Assembly: GCA_012520835.1 (NCBI GenBank)
Contig: JAAYNN010000001.1
Coordinates: 1-35,103 of the forward strand
Length of the DNA: 35,103 nucleotides
Direction of reading: 5' to 3'
Source of the DNA: Dehalococcoidales bacterium
Lineage (GTDB): Bacteria > Chloroflexota > Dehalococcoidia > Dehalococcoidales > UBA5627
Numbering within the stretch: the stretch's first letter is position 1; every line of letters starts with the position of its first letter. The notes beneath the pieces were generated by a model. The model searched no databases. It worked only from the letters and a program-made list of their open reading frames with translations, and was not told where the DNA came from. The position numbers were made by a program, and so were the translations under genes. Below, one piece after another: positions 25,948-33,628 of the stretch.

Positions 25948-26613
25948 ATGAACGAAAAATACCTGTGGAAGGGTGTAATTACTCCTCAGGAAGCAGTATA
26001 TCTGCAAAAGCAAATGGCAGTAAACGTCATCAGATACGGGGAGGTCGCATCTGCCGGATATATAGCCGGCATCGATATCGCTATTTGGAAAAAGAGTAAC
26101 AGTGCACAGGCGGCTATCGTCGTATTGAAGTATCCTCAGCTTGAAATTGTCGAAGTCCAAAAATCCTGCGGTGAGGTAGAATTTCCCTATATTCCCGGAT
26201 TACTCTCTTTTCGCGAGATTCCACTGATACTGGAAGCATGGCAAAAGCTCTCGGTTTCCCCGGATATAATTATGGTAGACGGGCAGGGATATGCCCATCC
26301 CAGGAGAATCGGCCTGGCCTCGCATTTCGGTCTGCTGGTTGATATTCCGACCATAGGCTGTGCCAAATCAAGATTGTGCGGCGATTATCAGATGCCGACA
26401 GAGGAAGCCGGCGGTTATTGCAACCTAACCGATGATGGAGAAATTATCGGAGCCGCTCTGAGAAGCAAAACGGGAGTTAGACCGTTGTTTATATCGGTAG
26501 GGCATAAAATAAGCCTTGAAAATGCGATTTGCTGGGTTAGAAAGTGCTGCCGGGGATACCGTCTGCCGCAGCCGACACGGTTGGCTCACCTGGCAGCCGG
26601 CGGCAATTTGTAA
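25948..26613 (+). CDS. nfi: endonuclease V (deoxyinosine 3' endonuclease)
   Basis: IAGIDIA, VVLKYPQLEIVE, FPYIPGLLSFREIP, MVDGQGYAHPRRIGLASHFGLLVDIPTIGCAKSRLCG and CCRGYRLPQPTRLAH are colinear with E. coli Nfi. The start is uncertain: ATG at 25948 is chosen over the ORF-track TTG at 25912, and neither has a clear SD. Confidence 0.88.
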   Translation: MNEKYLWKGVITPQEAVYLQKQMAVNVIRYGEVASAGYIAGIDIAIWKKSNSAQAAIVVLKYPQLEIVEVQKSCGEVEFPYIPGLLSFREIPLILEAWQKLSVSPDIIMVDGQGYAHPRRIGLASHFGLLVDIPTIGCAKSRLCGDYQMPTEEAGGYCNLTDDGEIIGAALRSKTGVRPLFISVGHKISLENAICWVRKCCRGYRLPQPTRLAHLAAGGNL

Positions 26614-26667
26614 TCGGGCAGCATAATCAATTAAACTAGACTATTGATAATAAATTGCGGGAGAATT

Positions 26668-27766
26668 ATGAACGAACTGGCGGACAAACTCGAAGAATAC
26701 AGTGAAAGAATTTCATCAGCAATGGTGCGTCTTTGACATTCCTGAAAAAGAAAAACAGTTAGCCGAACTTGAAAAACAATCTGCTGCTCCGGATTTCTGG
26801 CAGGATTCTGAAAAAGCGCAGGATGTGATGCGCCTGTTGACCGAAACAAGGAAAACTGTACAGAAATGGCGGGAGCTGGAGCATGAAGTAATTGACATAA
26901 AAGAATTGATTTCTCTGGTATCCGATGATGAAGAGTCTTCACTGGATACGGAAATCAGGCAGGAAGTGGAAACCATCGAATCAAAGCTCGACGAAATGGA
27001 GTTCGAGCTGTCTTTCAGCGGCGAATACGATAACCGTAAAGCGATACTGTCCATTCATGCCGGCGCCGGCGGTGTCGAGTCGCAGGATTGGGCGGAGATG
27101 CTCTTACGCATGTATTTGCACTGGGCTGAAAGTAAAAAATATAAAACTGAGGTGCTCGATATTTCACCGGGAGAGGAAGCCGGTATAAAAAGTGTTGTCT
27201 TTGAGATATCGCATGATTATGCCTTCGGATATCTGAAATCGGAACACGGAGTGCACAGGCTGGTGCGTCTGTCTCCTTTCGATGCCGACCACGCTCGCCA
27301 TACATCGTTTGCACTGATAGAAGTAATGCCGGAGGCGGGAGAGGATGTCGATATCAATGTCTCGCCGGACGACATAAAAGTAGAAACCTTCAGGTCATCC
27401 GGGCCAGGTGGTCAAAACATGCAAAAGACCAGCAGCGCGGTACGCCTGACACATATACCGACCGGCACGGTGGTTAGCTGCCAGAGCGAACGCTCGTAGC
27501 ACAAGAATAAGGAAAGCGCCATGAAAATCCTGCTCTCCAGATTATTGAACCAGGAGCTGGCAAAAAGGGAAGAAGAAAGAGCCAGGCTTAAAGGCGAACG
27601 TATTGTTGCCGGCTGGAGCAATCAAATTCGGAGCTATGTTTTACATCCCTATAAAATGGTAAAAGACCACCGCACCGATTATCAGGTGGGGGATGCCGAG
27701 GGAGTTTTAGCCGGAGACCTGGATGGCTTTATCAATGCCTATTTAAGAGCCGGGCTCGGGGATTAA
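26668..27766 (+). CDS. prfB: peptide chain release factor 2, needing a programmed +1 frameshift at 26734/26735 and interrupted by an in-frame TAG at 27497-27499
   Basis: Frame-0 leader MNELADKLEEYSERISSAMVRL ends at CTT TGA C (26731-26737). The +1 frame continues DIPEKEKQLAELEKQSAAPDFWQD. SPF motif in VRLSPFD and GGQ motif in SSGPGGQNMQKTSSAVRLTHIPTG. The sequence SERS-TAG-HKNKESAMKILL then runs on in the same frame to GWSNQIRSYVLHPYKMVKDHRT and TAA at 27764-27766. Total about 365 codons, the normal RF2 size. Confidence 0.9.
26722..26737 (+). promoter_or_regulatory. prfB autoregulatory +1 frameshift site (SD-like GGTG, 3-nt spacer, CTT TGA C)
   Basis: The sequence atGGTGcgtCTTTGAC has the same architecture as the E. 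coli prfB site (SD-like element, 3 nt, CUU UGA C). The downstream RF2 reading frame is +1 relative to the initiator ATG at 26668. Confidence 0.85.
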
Positions 27767-27767
27767 G

Positions 27768-28883
27768 ATGCTTAAAAAAATAGCGCTTGTTTTACTGTCT
27801 TTTGTCCTGATGATGCTGTCTTTTGCCCCGATTCATGTGCAAAGCAGTTCCGATGCCGCGGTTACATTAAACGATTCCGTAGATGTTTCGTTCCCTGATT
27901 ATATCCGGTTCAATCTCAAAATCGCAACGGAGATTACCGTCGAGGATCTCAGGCTTCATTATATTGTTGAACGTAAAAGCTATACCGCCGTCACCCAGGA
28001 GATTAAAGTTGCTGTACCTGTTTCTTCCCAATCTAATATCAGCGTCAACTGGATATGGGATATGCGAACCACCGGGTCACTCCCTTCCGGCACTGTCATA
28101 CGCTACTGGTGGACAGTTTCAGATAACAATAAAAATTTGTACCAGAGCGAACAATCATCTGTACGTTTCGATGATGACGAATATAATTGGCAGCAATTAA
28201 ACGAAAACAATGTCACCCTTCACTGGTATTACGGCGATGACGATTTTGCCGCCGACCTGATGCAAACATGCCAGAATGCACTGCAGCGTTTGGGAGAGGA
28301 TACCGGCGCTTATCTTGAATCACCAGTCAGAATTTATATTTATTCCAGTTCTTATGCCCTCAGAAATGCCATGGTCTTTGCCAAGGAATGGACGGGCGGT
28401 GTGGCTTATCCCGCTTACGGGGTGATTGCCATCGGTATTTCCAATTCCAATATCGAGTGGAGCAGGAAGGCGCTGGCACATGAACTGGCTCACCTGGTCA
28501 CGTACCAGATGACATCCAATCCCTACAACGATATACCGGTATGGCTGAATGAGGGCATATCGATGTATGCCGAGGGAGAGTTGGAAAAGGATTATGAATA
28601 TTATCTCAAGTCGGCGGTTTACAACGATTCGCTGATATCGGTGCAAAGCCTGTGCAGCCCCTTCTCGTCTTATTCGGAGCAGAGCTATCTCTCATATGCC
28701 GAAAGCTACAGTATCGTGGCTTACCTTATCGAAGAGTACGGACAGCAAAAAATGCACCAGCTGTTAACGGTATTTAAAGACGGCAGTACCTATAACAATG
28801 CATTGCTTACCGTGTATGGTTTCGATTTGAACGCTTTAAATGAACTCTGGCAAGATTATATCGGCCAAATTTACGTGTATTAG
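27768..28883 (+). CDS. secreted MA-clan zinc metallopeptidase-like protein
   Basis: 371 aa. N-terminal signal peptide MLKKIALVLLSFVLMMLSFAPIHVQS. HExxH in ALAHELAHLV with a downstream Glu in WLNEGISMYAEGE (gluzincin-type arrangement). The ATG lies 1 nt after the prfB stop. Confidence 0.75.
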   Translation: MLKKIALVLLSFVLMMLSFAPIHVQSSSDAAVTLNDSVDVSFPDYIRFNLKIATEITVEDLRLHYIVERKSYTAVTQEIKVAVPVSSQSNISVNWIWDMRTTGSLPSGTVIRYWWTVSDNNKNLYQSEQSSVRFDDDEYNWQQLNENNVTLHWYYGDDDFAADLMQTCQNALQRLGEDTGAYLESPVRIYIYSSSYALRNAMVFAKEWTGGVAYPAYGVIAIGISNSNIEWSRKALAHELAHLVTYQMTSNPYNDIPVWLNEGISMYAEGELEKDYEYYLKSAVYNDSLISVQSLCSPFSSYSEQSYLSYAESYSIVAYLIEEYGQQKMHQLLTVFKDGSTYNNALLTVYGFDLNALNELWQDYIGQIYVY

Positions 28884-28899
28884 CCAAGAATTGATTAAA

Positions 28900-30498
28900 A
28901 TGAAAACGAATAGAATAATAGTCAATGCGCTATTTCTGGTATGTGCGCTGTTAACGGCATTCCTGCCCTGTGCCTGCGATTTCGATTGGATAAAAACTAC
29001 TCAGATATCGGGTGATGTGCTGAATTTGTATGGGGATGATCCTTATACACTCGACCCGGCGCTGGCAGGCGATTCAACCTCTGTAAAATATATATCTCAG
29101 ATTTTCTGCGGGCTGGTTGCTTTCGGTGAAGAACTAGAACCGGTTGCCGATATTGCCGAAAGATGGGAAGTAAGCCCTGATAATCTGGTATACACTTTTT
29201 ATTTGAGAAACGATGTCTATTTTCACGACGGGAAAAAGGTTAAGGCAGCCGATTTTAAATACTCCTGGGAGCGCGCCTGCAATCCGTCTACCGCTTCACA
29301 AACTGCCTCTTTGTATCTGGGGGACATACTCGGCGCCGCTGAAGTCATTAACGGAGCAGCCGATGATATCAGCGGCGTAAGCGTGATTGACGATTATACC
29401 CTGCAGGTAACGCTGGAAAATCCGGTCACCTATTTTTTAGAAAAGATGAGCTATCCGGTTGCTTTTGTAATAGATCAGGAAAATGTCTCGGCAGGTGAAT
29501 ACTGGTGGACTGCCCCCAACGGAACCGGCCCCTTTAAATTATGGGATTGGGTGGAGGGGAGTGAACTGGTTCTCCAGGCTAACGACCAGTATTACGGCGA
29601 TAAAGCATTGCTGGATTTTGTCGTTTACAAGATTTTATCCGGGATAGAGTTTGATTTGTATGAAACCGGGGAGATCGATGTCTGCAGTGTCGGGCTTGAT
29701 AACATTTACCGCGTTACGGATGCAGACGGAGAATTCTATAAACAGTTGTGCAGCAGCCCGGAACTGAGCCTGATGTATATTTGTTTCGATTGCAGCAAAC
29801 CTCCTTTTAACGATGTCAATATCCGCCGTGCCTTTGCTATGGCTATCGATAAAACCAGACTGGTGTCTCTAGTATATAACGATACCGTCATGCGGGCAGA
29901 CGGGATTATTCCCTTCGGAATGCCCGGCTACAATGAAAAATTATCAGCGCTGTCATTCGATACACAAGCGGCACTCGAGTTGATCTCATCTTCTTCTTAC
30001 GGTGATGTGTCGAATTTACCGCAGATTGTCATTACCAGCGGCGGTTACGGGGGATATATATCCGCTATACTGGAGGCCGTTATCAACGAATGGCGCATTA
30101 ATCTGGGGGTCGAGGTGACCGTGCGGCAACTGGACCCGAACGAATTTCTATATGATATTATGGATGAGAAGGATAACATGTTTTTCTGGGGATGGATTGC
30201 CGACTATCCGCACCCGCAGAATTTCCTCGAAATCCTTTTTTCCAGCGCTTCCGAGGGCAACTATGGTGAATACAGCAATTCAGAAGTCGATTTACTGCTG
30301 GCGATGGCTGCCGTAGAGAAAAACGAAGAAGCCGGGCTCGAACTGTACCGGCAGGCCGAGCAAATACTAGTTGACGATGCTGCCTGTATTCCGTTATATT
30401 TCGGCCGCAGCTATATACTGGTAAAACCCTATGTTGCAGGATACAAAATAAACGCGCTGGGAATGGTAAAACTGAATGAGGTCTATCTTTTAAATTGA
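28900..30498 (+). CDS. ABC transporter substrate-binding protein, family 5 (peptide/nickel type)
   Basis: I use the ATG at 28900 (MKTNRIIVNALFLVCALLTAFLPCAC, a signal/anchor) rather than 28840, which overlaps the upstream gene. TLDPA...YTFYLRNDVYFHDGKKVKAADFKYSWER and GTGPFKL are typical SBP_bac_5 motifs. No permease or ATPase genes are adjacent. Confidence 0.85.
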   Translation: MKTNRIIVNALFLVCALLTAFLPCACDFDWIKTTQISGDVLNLYGDDPYTLDPALAGDSTSVKYISQIFCGLVAFGEELEPVADIAERWEVSPDNLVYTFYLRNDVYFHDGKKVKAADFKYSWERACNPSTASQTASLYLGDILGAAEVINGAADDISGVSVIDDYTLQVTLENPVTYFLEKMSYPVAFVIDQENVSAGEYWWTAPNGTGPFKLWDWVEGSELVLQANDQYYGDKALLDFVVYKILSGIEFDLYETGEIDVCSVGLDNIYRVTDADGEFYKQLCSSPELSLMYICFDCSKPPFNDVNIRRAFAMAIDKTRLVSLVYNDTVMRADGIIPFGMPGYNEKLSALSFDTQAALELISSSSYGDVSNLPQIVITSGGYGGYISAILEAVINEWRINLGVEVTVRQLDPNEFLYDIMDEKDNMFFWGWIADYPHPQNFLEILFSSASEGNYGEYSNSEVDLLLAMAAVEKNEEAGLELYRQAEQILVDDAACIPLYFGRSYILVKPYVAGYKINALGMVKLNEVYLLN

Positions 30499-30500
30499 TA

Positions 30501-30590
30501 TGGCGGAGGGGGTGGGATTCGAACCCACGGTCCTCTTGCGAGGACAACGGTTTTCAAGACCGTCACCATAGGCCACTCGGACACCCCTCC
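30501..30590 (-). tRNA. tRNA-Ser (anticodon UGA), CCA encoded
   Basis: Reverse complement: GGAGGGG-TG-TCCGAGTGGCCTATGGTG-ACGGT-CTTGAAA-ACCGT-TGTCCTCGCAAGAGGACC-GTGGG-TTCGAAT-CCCAC-CCCCTCC-G-CCA. It has a 7-bp acceptor stem, anticodon loop CU-UGA-AA, a long variable arm (6-bp stem, GCAA loop) and a TTCGAAT T-loop. Confidence 0.95.
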
Positions 30591-30611
30591 GTATGTGCAA
30601 ATAACATTGAT

Positions 30612-30641
30612 ATTATAGCGATATAGCCGCAAAATTGCTAA
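30612..30641 (-). promoter_or_regulatory. candidate tRNA-Ser promoter (TTAGCA-18 nt-TATAAT)
   Basis: Minus strand: perfect -10 TATAAT at 30617-30612, 21 nt upstream of the mature tRNA 5' end, and -35 TTAGCA at 30641-30636. Confidence 0.35.
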
Positions 30642-30679
30642 CCCGGTACACAAGGGGTATTATATATTGGAGGCAGAAA

Positions 30680-31327
30680 ATGCAGCAATATTACTGGAAC
30701 GTGCAGAAGAAAATACTGGTACAGAGGGATATCATCCGCTCTTTATTGAAAGATCCTAAAGTAATCGGTGATTATTATGAAGCGATTATCATGGAAGGTG
30801 TTCGCGAGAGCATCTCGCAGTATTTTTCGGCCCGGCGCGGAGTCATCATTTCCGCCGATGGCCAGAGCAGTCGTGAGTGTGATATCATAGTTTACAGCGC
30901 CGCCGAATACGGCCCGCTGTTTTTATCCGGTGATATTGTTGTCATCAATCCTGAGGCTGTCAGGTGTGTTATACAGGTCAAGGGAACTCTTAACCGCGAG
31001 AATCTTAACGAAGCAATAAAAAATCTCAATTCGGTCAACAGGTTGAGACCGGGCATCTGGAAAATTATCATCGGTTACAATACCGGGTTGCTTTATAACG
31101 ACCTGATAAAGGTTTGTGCCGAATCGCGCTGCGTCAACGGTGTTTTCGTCCTGTCAACTACCAATAAACATGAGAAAGAGGATATCGACTCGCAAATGCA
31201 GAATTTTGTCGAGCTGTTAAAAATGATTACCGCTCCCGCCATGTATCAGACCAAGGATGCCGGTGATTATGTGGCTTTAAAAGTGTCAGGGGAAGGCAGA
31301 ATTCAAGGAGTGCCTTTCCCTGATTAA
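30680..31327 (+). CDS. PD-(D/E)xK nuclease-fold protein, DUF6602-like (hypothetical)
   Basis: ATG at 30680 with GGAGG (30669-30673) 6 nt upstream; the ORF-track start at 30635 has no RBS. The core GVRESISQYFSARRGVIISADGQSSRECDIIVYSAAEYGPLFLSGDIVVINPEAVRCVIQVKGTL fits the pattern G-x-E...S-x-x-C/Q-D-I-I-I-Y-D...P-x-E-x-V...I-E-V-K-S-x-L that I recall for DUF6602 restriction-endonuclease-like proteins. Not verifiable without an HMM search. Confidence 0.6.
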   Translation: MQQYYWNVQKKILVQRDIIRSLLKDPKVIGDYYEAIIMEGVRESISQYFSARRGVIISADGQSSRECDIIVYSAAEYGPLFLSGDIVVINPEAVRCVIQVKGTLNRENLNEAIKNLNSVNRLRPGIWKIIIGYNTGLLYNDLIKVCAESRCVNGVFVLSTTNKHEKEDIDSQMQNFVELLKMITAPAMYQTKDAGDYVALKVSGEGRIQGVPFPD

Positions 31328-31344
31328 TATTGCTTGATATCGGT

Positions 31345-32340
31345 TTATTCTTCTGGTTCGTTGCCGGCTTCCGATTCCAGTGCTTCCACGTCGGATTCTG
31401 GAACTTCATATATGAAGTCGGGATCGTTTTCTTCGTAGTAATCGAGCTGGGCATCCAGTACTTTCTTAACCTGCTCGTCTTTTACCACTTCACTCGTGAA
31501 CTCTTTTTTACTGTTCAGTGCCATCAGGTATAAATAGCCGCCTTCCAGCAGATTATAGACCACATAGGGCAGGCACATTCCGCTCAGGTTCATCTCGTTA
31601 AAGCTTTCGTGATAGAAGGGGAGATACTGGAAATTTTCCGGCAGCATTAAAATCAGTTCCTGCTTTACGCTATCAGGGTTGTCAGGGTCGCAGTACTCGG
31701 GAGGAGTAACTGCAACTTGGCAGGAACAAACCAGCGGGCGGATATCGTAAATCATACAGGCATTTTCTTTTAAGAACGGGCAGGGAATTTTGAATTTGGC
31801 ATATTGTGCACCCAGTTCCTCAACCCTGCGTTGCTTCTCTTCCTCAAATCCGGAATCGAACATTTCGGAATAAGCCTGATGAAATTCATCCAGGAAACCT
31901 TTATGTTCATCCATTCTGTTTTTCCAGTCATTGTAGTTGCGTATGAATGAAGACATTTTGCTTTCATGATTATAAAGATAATGGACTATCGCTTCGCATT
32001 CCTGCAGTGAAGAGGTTATCAACTGCGAACAACACATGGTGCAGCCACGGTGGCAGGAAATCGTTTTGCCGCCTGAATTGGCTTCTTCCAGCTGCCCTTG
32101 GTAGATTTTCTCGTTAATATCTTTTAACTGTTCCTGCTGATCGAGGCAAAATTTTTCCCGGATTTTGCCGAAATCACCCAGGTAAGCGATTTCTTTGTTC
32201 ACTTTAAAAGGATCAAAGTTCTTTTTATCGAATTTTACCTCTTCCTTTGTTTCCTGTTTTGCATAACAGCAATTCTTATATTTTTTATCGCTGCCGCAAC
32301 TGCACAATTCATTTCTGCCGATAGTAGTTTTTCGTTTCAT
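31345..32340 (-). CDS. SEC-C motif / YkgJ-family (CxxCxxCC) cysteine-cluster fusion protein
   Basis: 331 aa. N-terminal CSCGSDKKYKNCC is a SEC-C metal-binding motif. CHRGCTMCCSQ and CPFLKENACMIYDIRPLVCSC match the YkgJ/UPF0153 zinc/iron-chelating domain. Acidic C-terminal tail. AGAGAGG RBS. It lies 39 nt downstream of and co-directional with serS. Confidence 0.75.
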   Translation of the reverse strand: MKRKTTIGRNELCSCGSDKKYKNCCYAKQETKEEVKFDKKNFDPFKVNKEIAYLGDFGKIREKFCLDQQEQLKDINEKIYQGQLEEANSGGKTISCHRGCTMCCSQLITSSLQECEAIVHYLYNHESKMSSFIRNYNDWKNRMDEHKGFLDEFHQAYSEMFDSGFEEEKQRRVEELGAQYAKFKIPCPFLKENACMIYDIRPLVCSCQVAVTPPEYCDPDNPDSVKQELILMLPENFQYLPFYHESFNEMNLSGMCLPYVVYNLLEGGYLYLMALNSKKEFTSEVVKDEQVKKVLDAQLDYYEENDPDFIYEVPESDVEALESEAGNEPEE

Positions 32341-32379
32341 TACGCCTCTCTTTTATTAGAATATTCTTAATATCTGACA

Positions 32380-33621
32380 CTATTTTATTACTTTAACTTC
32401 CATGTAGGGCTGCAATACATCGGGGACGGCGATGCTGCCGTCGGATTGCTGATAATTTTCCATAACGGCTATAACCACCCTGGGAAGAGCCAGTCCGGAG
32501 CCGTTTAATGTATGAACATACTGCGGTTTACTGTCCGCAGACGGACGGTAGCGTATGTTTGCCCGCCTGGCCTGGAAATCGCCGCAGTTGGAGCATGAAC
32601 TGACTTCCAGCCATTCCTCGCAGCCAGGGGCCCACATTTCGATATCATAGGTTTTTGTGGAGGCAAAGCTGATATCTGCGGTACACAACTTCTTGATGCG
32701 GTAGGGTATGTCAAGCTTGCGGCAGATATCCACCGCATTATCCACCATCTTTTCCAGTTCTTCGTTCGAGTTTTGCGGTTCGGTGAATTTGTACATCTCC
32801 ACCTTGTCGAACTGGTGTCCCCGCTTTATGCCGCGGGTATCTTTTCCGGCTGACATCTTTTCACGCCGGAAGCAGGCGGTATAGGCAACATAGTGTATTG
32901 GTAAAACACCGGGCGGTATAATTTCGTCACGGTGCATATTGGTTAAAGGCACCTCGGCAGTCGGAACCAGCCATAAGTCATCTTCGATGTCGCGGTAAAG
33001 GTTATCGGCGAACTTGGGCAGGTTGCTGGAGCCGATTAAGCACTCTCTTTTCACCATATATGGCAGGTAGGCTTCCTGATAGCCGTGTTCTTCGGTGTGC
33101 AGATTAAGCATGAAGTTGATAAGCGACCTTTGCAGGCGTGAGCCCAACCCTTTTAAAACATAGAAACGTGTACCGGATAATCTGACGCCTCTCTCGAAAT
33201 CGATTATTCCCAGCCTCTCGCCCAGTTCCCAGTGAGGAGCCGGAAGGAAATCGAATTTACGCATCTCACCGCAGGTGTTGATGACAACATTGTCATCTTC
33301 GCTTTCTCCGATGGGAACCGATTCCTGCGGAATATTGGGGATGCGTAAAAGCAGGTCATCCAGGCGGCTGTCGATATCCCTCAGTTCGTCTTCGATGGTT
33401 TTAATCTGGTCGCGCAGTTCGCGCCCTCTCTCTGCCGATTCGGCACCCTGGTTCCTTGCCAGATCCTTGCGCTCGCATCTCAATTCTTCGACACGCGCCA
33501 TCTTCTGCCTTTTGGCCTTATCGAGTTCAATAATTTCACCTATCGGAGCATCATCATGCCGCACGGCGATTGCCCGGCGTACCAGTTCGGTATTTTCCCT
33601 GATAAATTTAAGATCTAACAT
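32380..33621 (-). CDS. serS: serine--tRNA ligase
   Basis: 413 aa. N-terminal coiled-coil MLDLKFIRENTELV, and class II motifs in FRREKMSAGKDTRGIKRGHQFDKVEMY and TLNGSGLALPRVVIAVMENYQ. Confidence 0.96.
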   Translation of the reverse strand: MLDLKFIRENTELVRRAIAVRHDDAPIGEIIELDKAKRQKMARVEELRCERKDLARNQGAESAERGRELRDQIKTIEDELRDIDSRLDDLLLRIPNIPQESVPIGESEDDNVVINTCGEMRKFDFLPAPHWELGERLGIIDFERGVRLSGTRFYVLKGLGSRLQRSLINFMLNLHTEEHGYQEAYLPYMVKRECLIGSSNLPKFADNLYRDIEDDLWLVPTAEVPLTNMHRDEIIPPGVLPIHYVAYTACFRREKMSAGKDTRGIKRGHQFDKVEMYKFTEPQNSNEELEKMVDNAVDICRKLDIPYRIKKLCTADISFASTKTYDIEMWAPGCEEWLEVSSCSNCGDFQARRANIRYRPSADSKPQYVHTLNGSGLALPRVVIAVMENYQQSDGSIAVPDVLQPYMEVKVIK

Positions 33622-33628
33622 ATTTTTA

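Noticed and set aside
27497-27499. TAG reassigned as a sense (Gln) codon, i.e. an alternative genetic code
   Set aside because: Thirteen conserved genes in this window (eight atp genes, serS, the KH gene and others) terminate at TAG exactly where their homologues end. TAG is therefore a functional stop codon here.
30591-32379. A tRNA-targeted genomic island
   Set aside because: No integrase is present and I found no duplicate of the tRNA 3' end by eye. The insert lies on the 5' side of the tRNA, and the downstream gene looks co-transcribed with serS.
33622-33628. A T-box or other leader upstream of serS
   Set aside because: Only 7 nt separate the lysS stop from the serS start, so there is no room for a leader. 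Any such element would lie upstream of lysS, outside the window.
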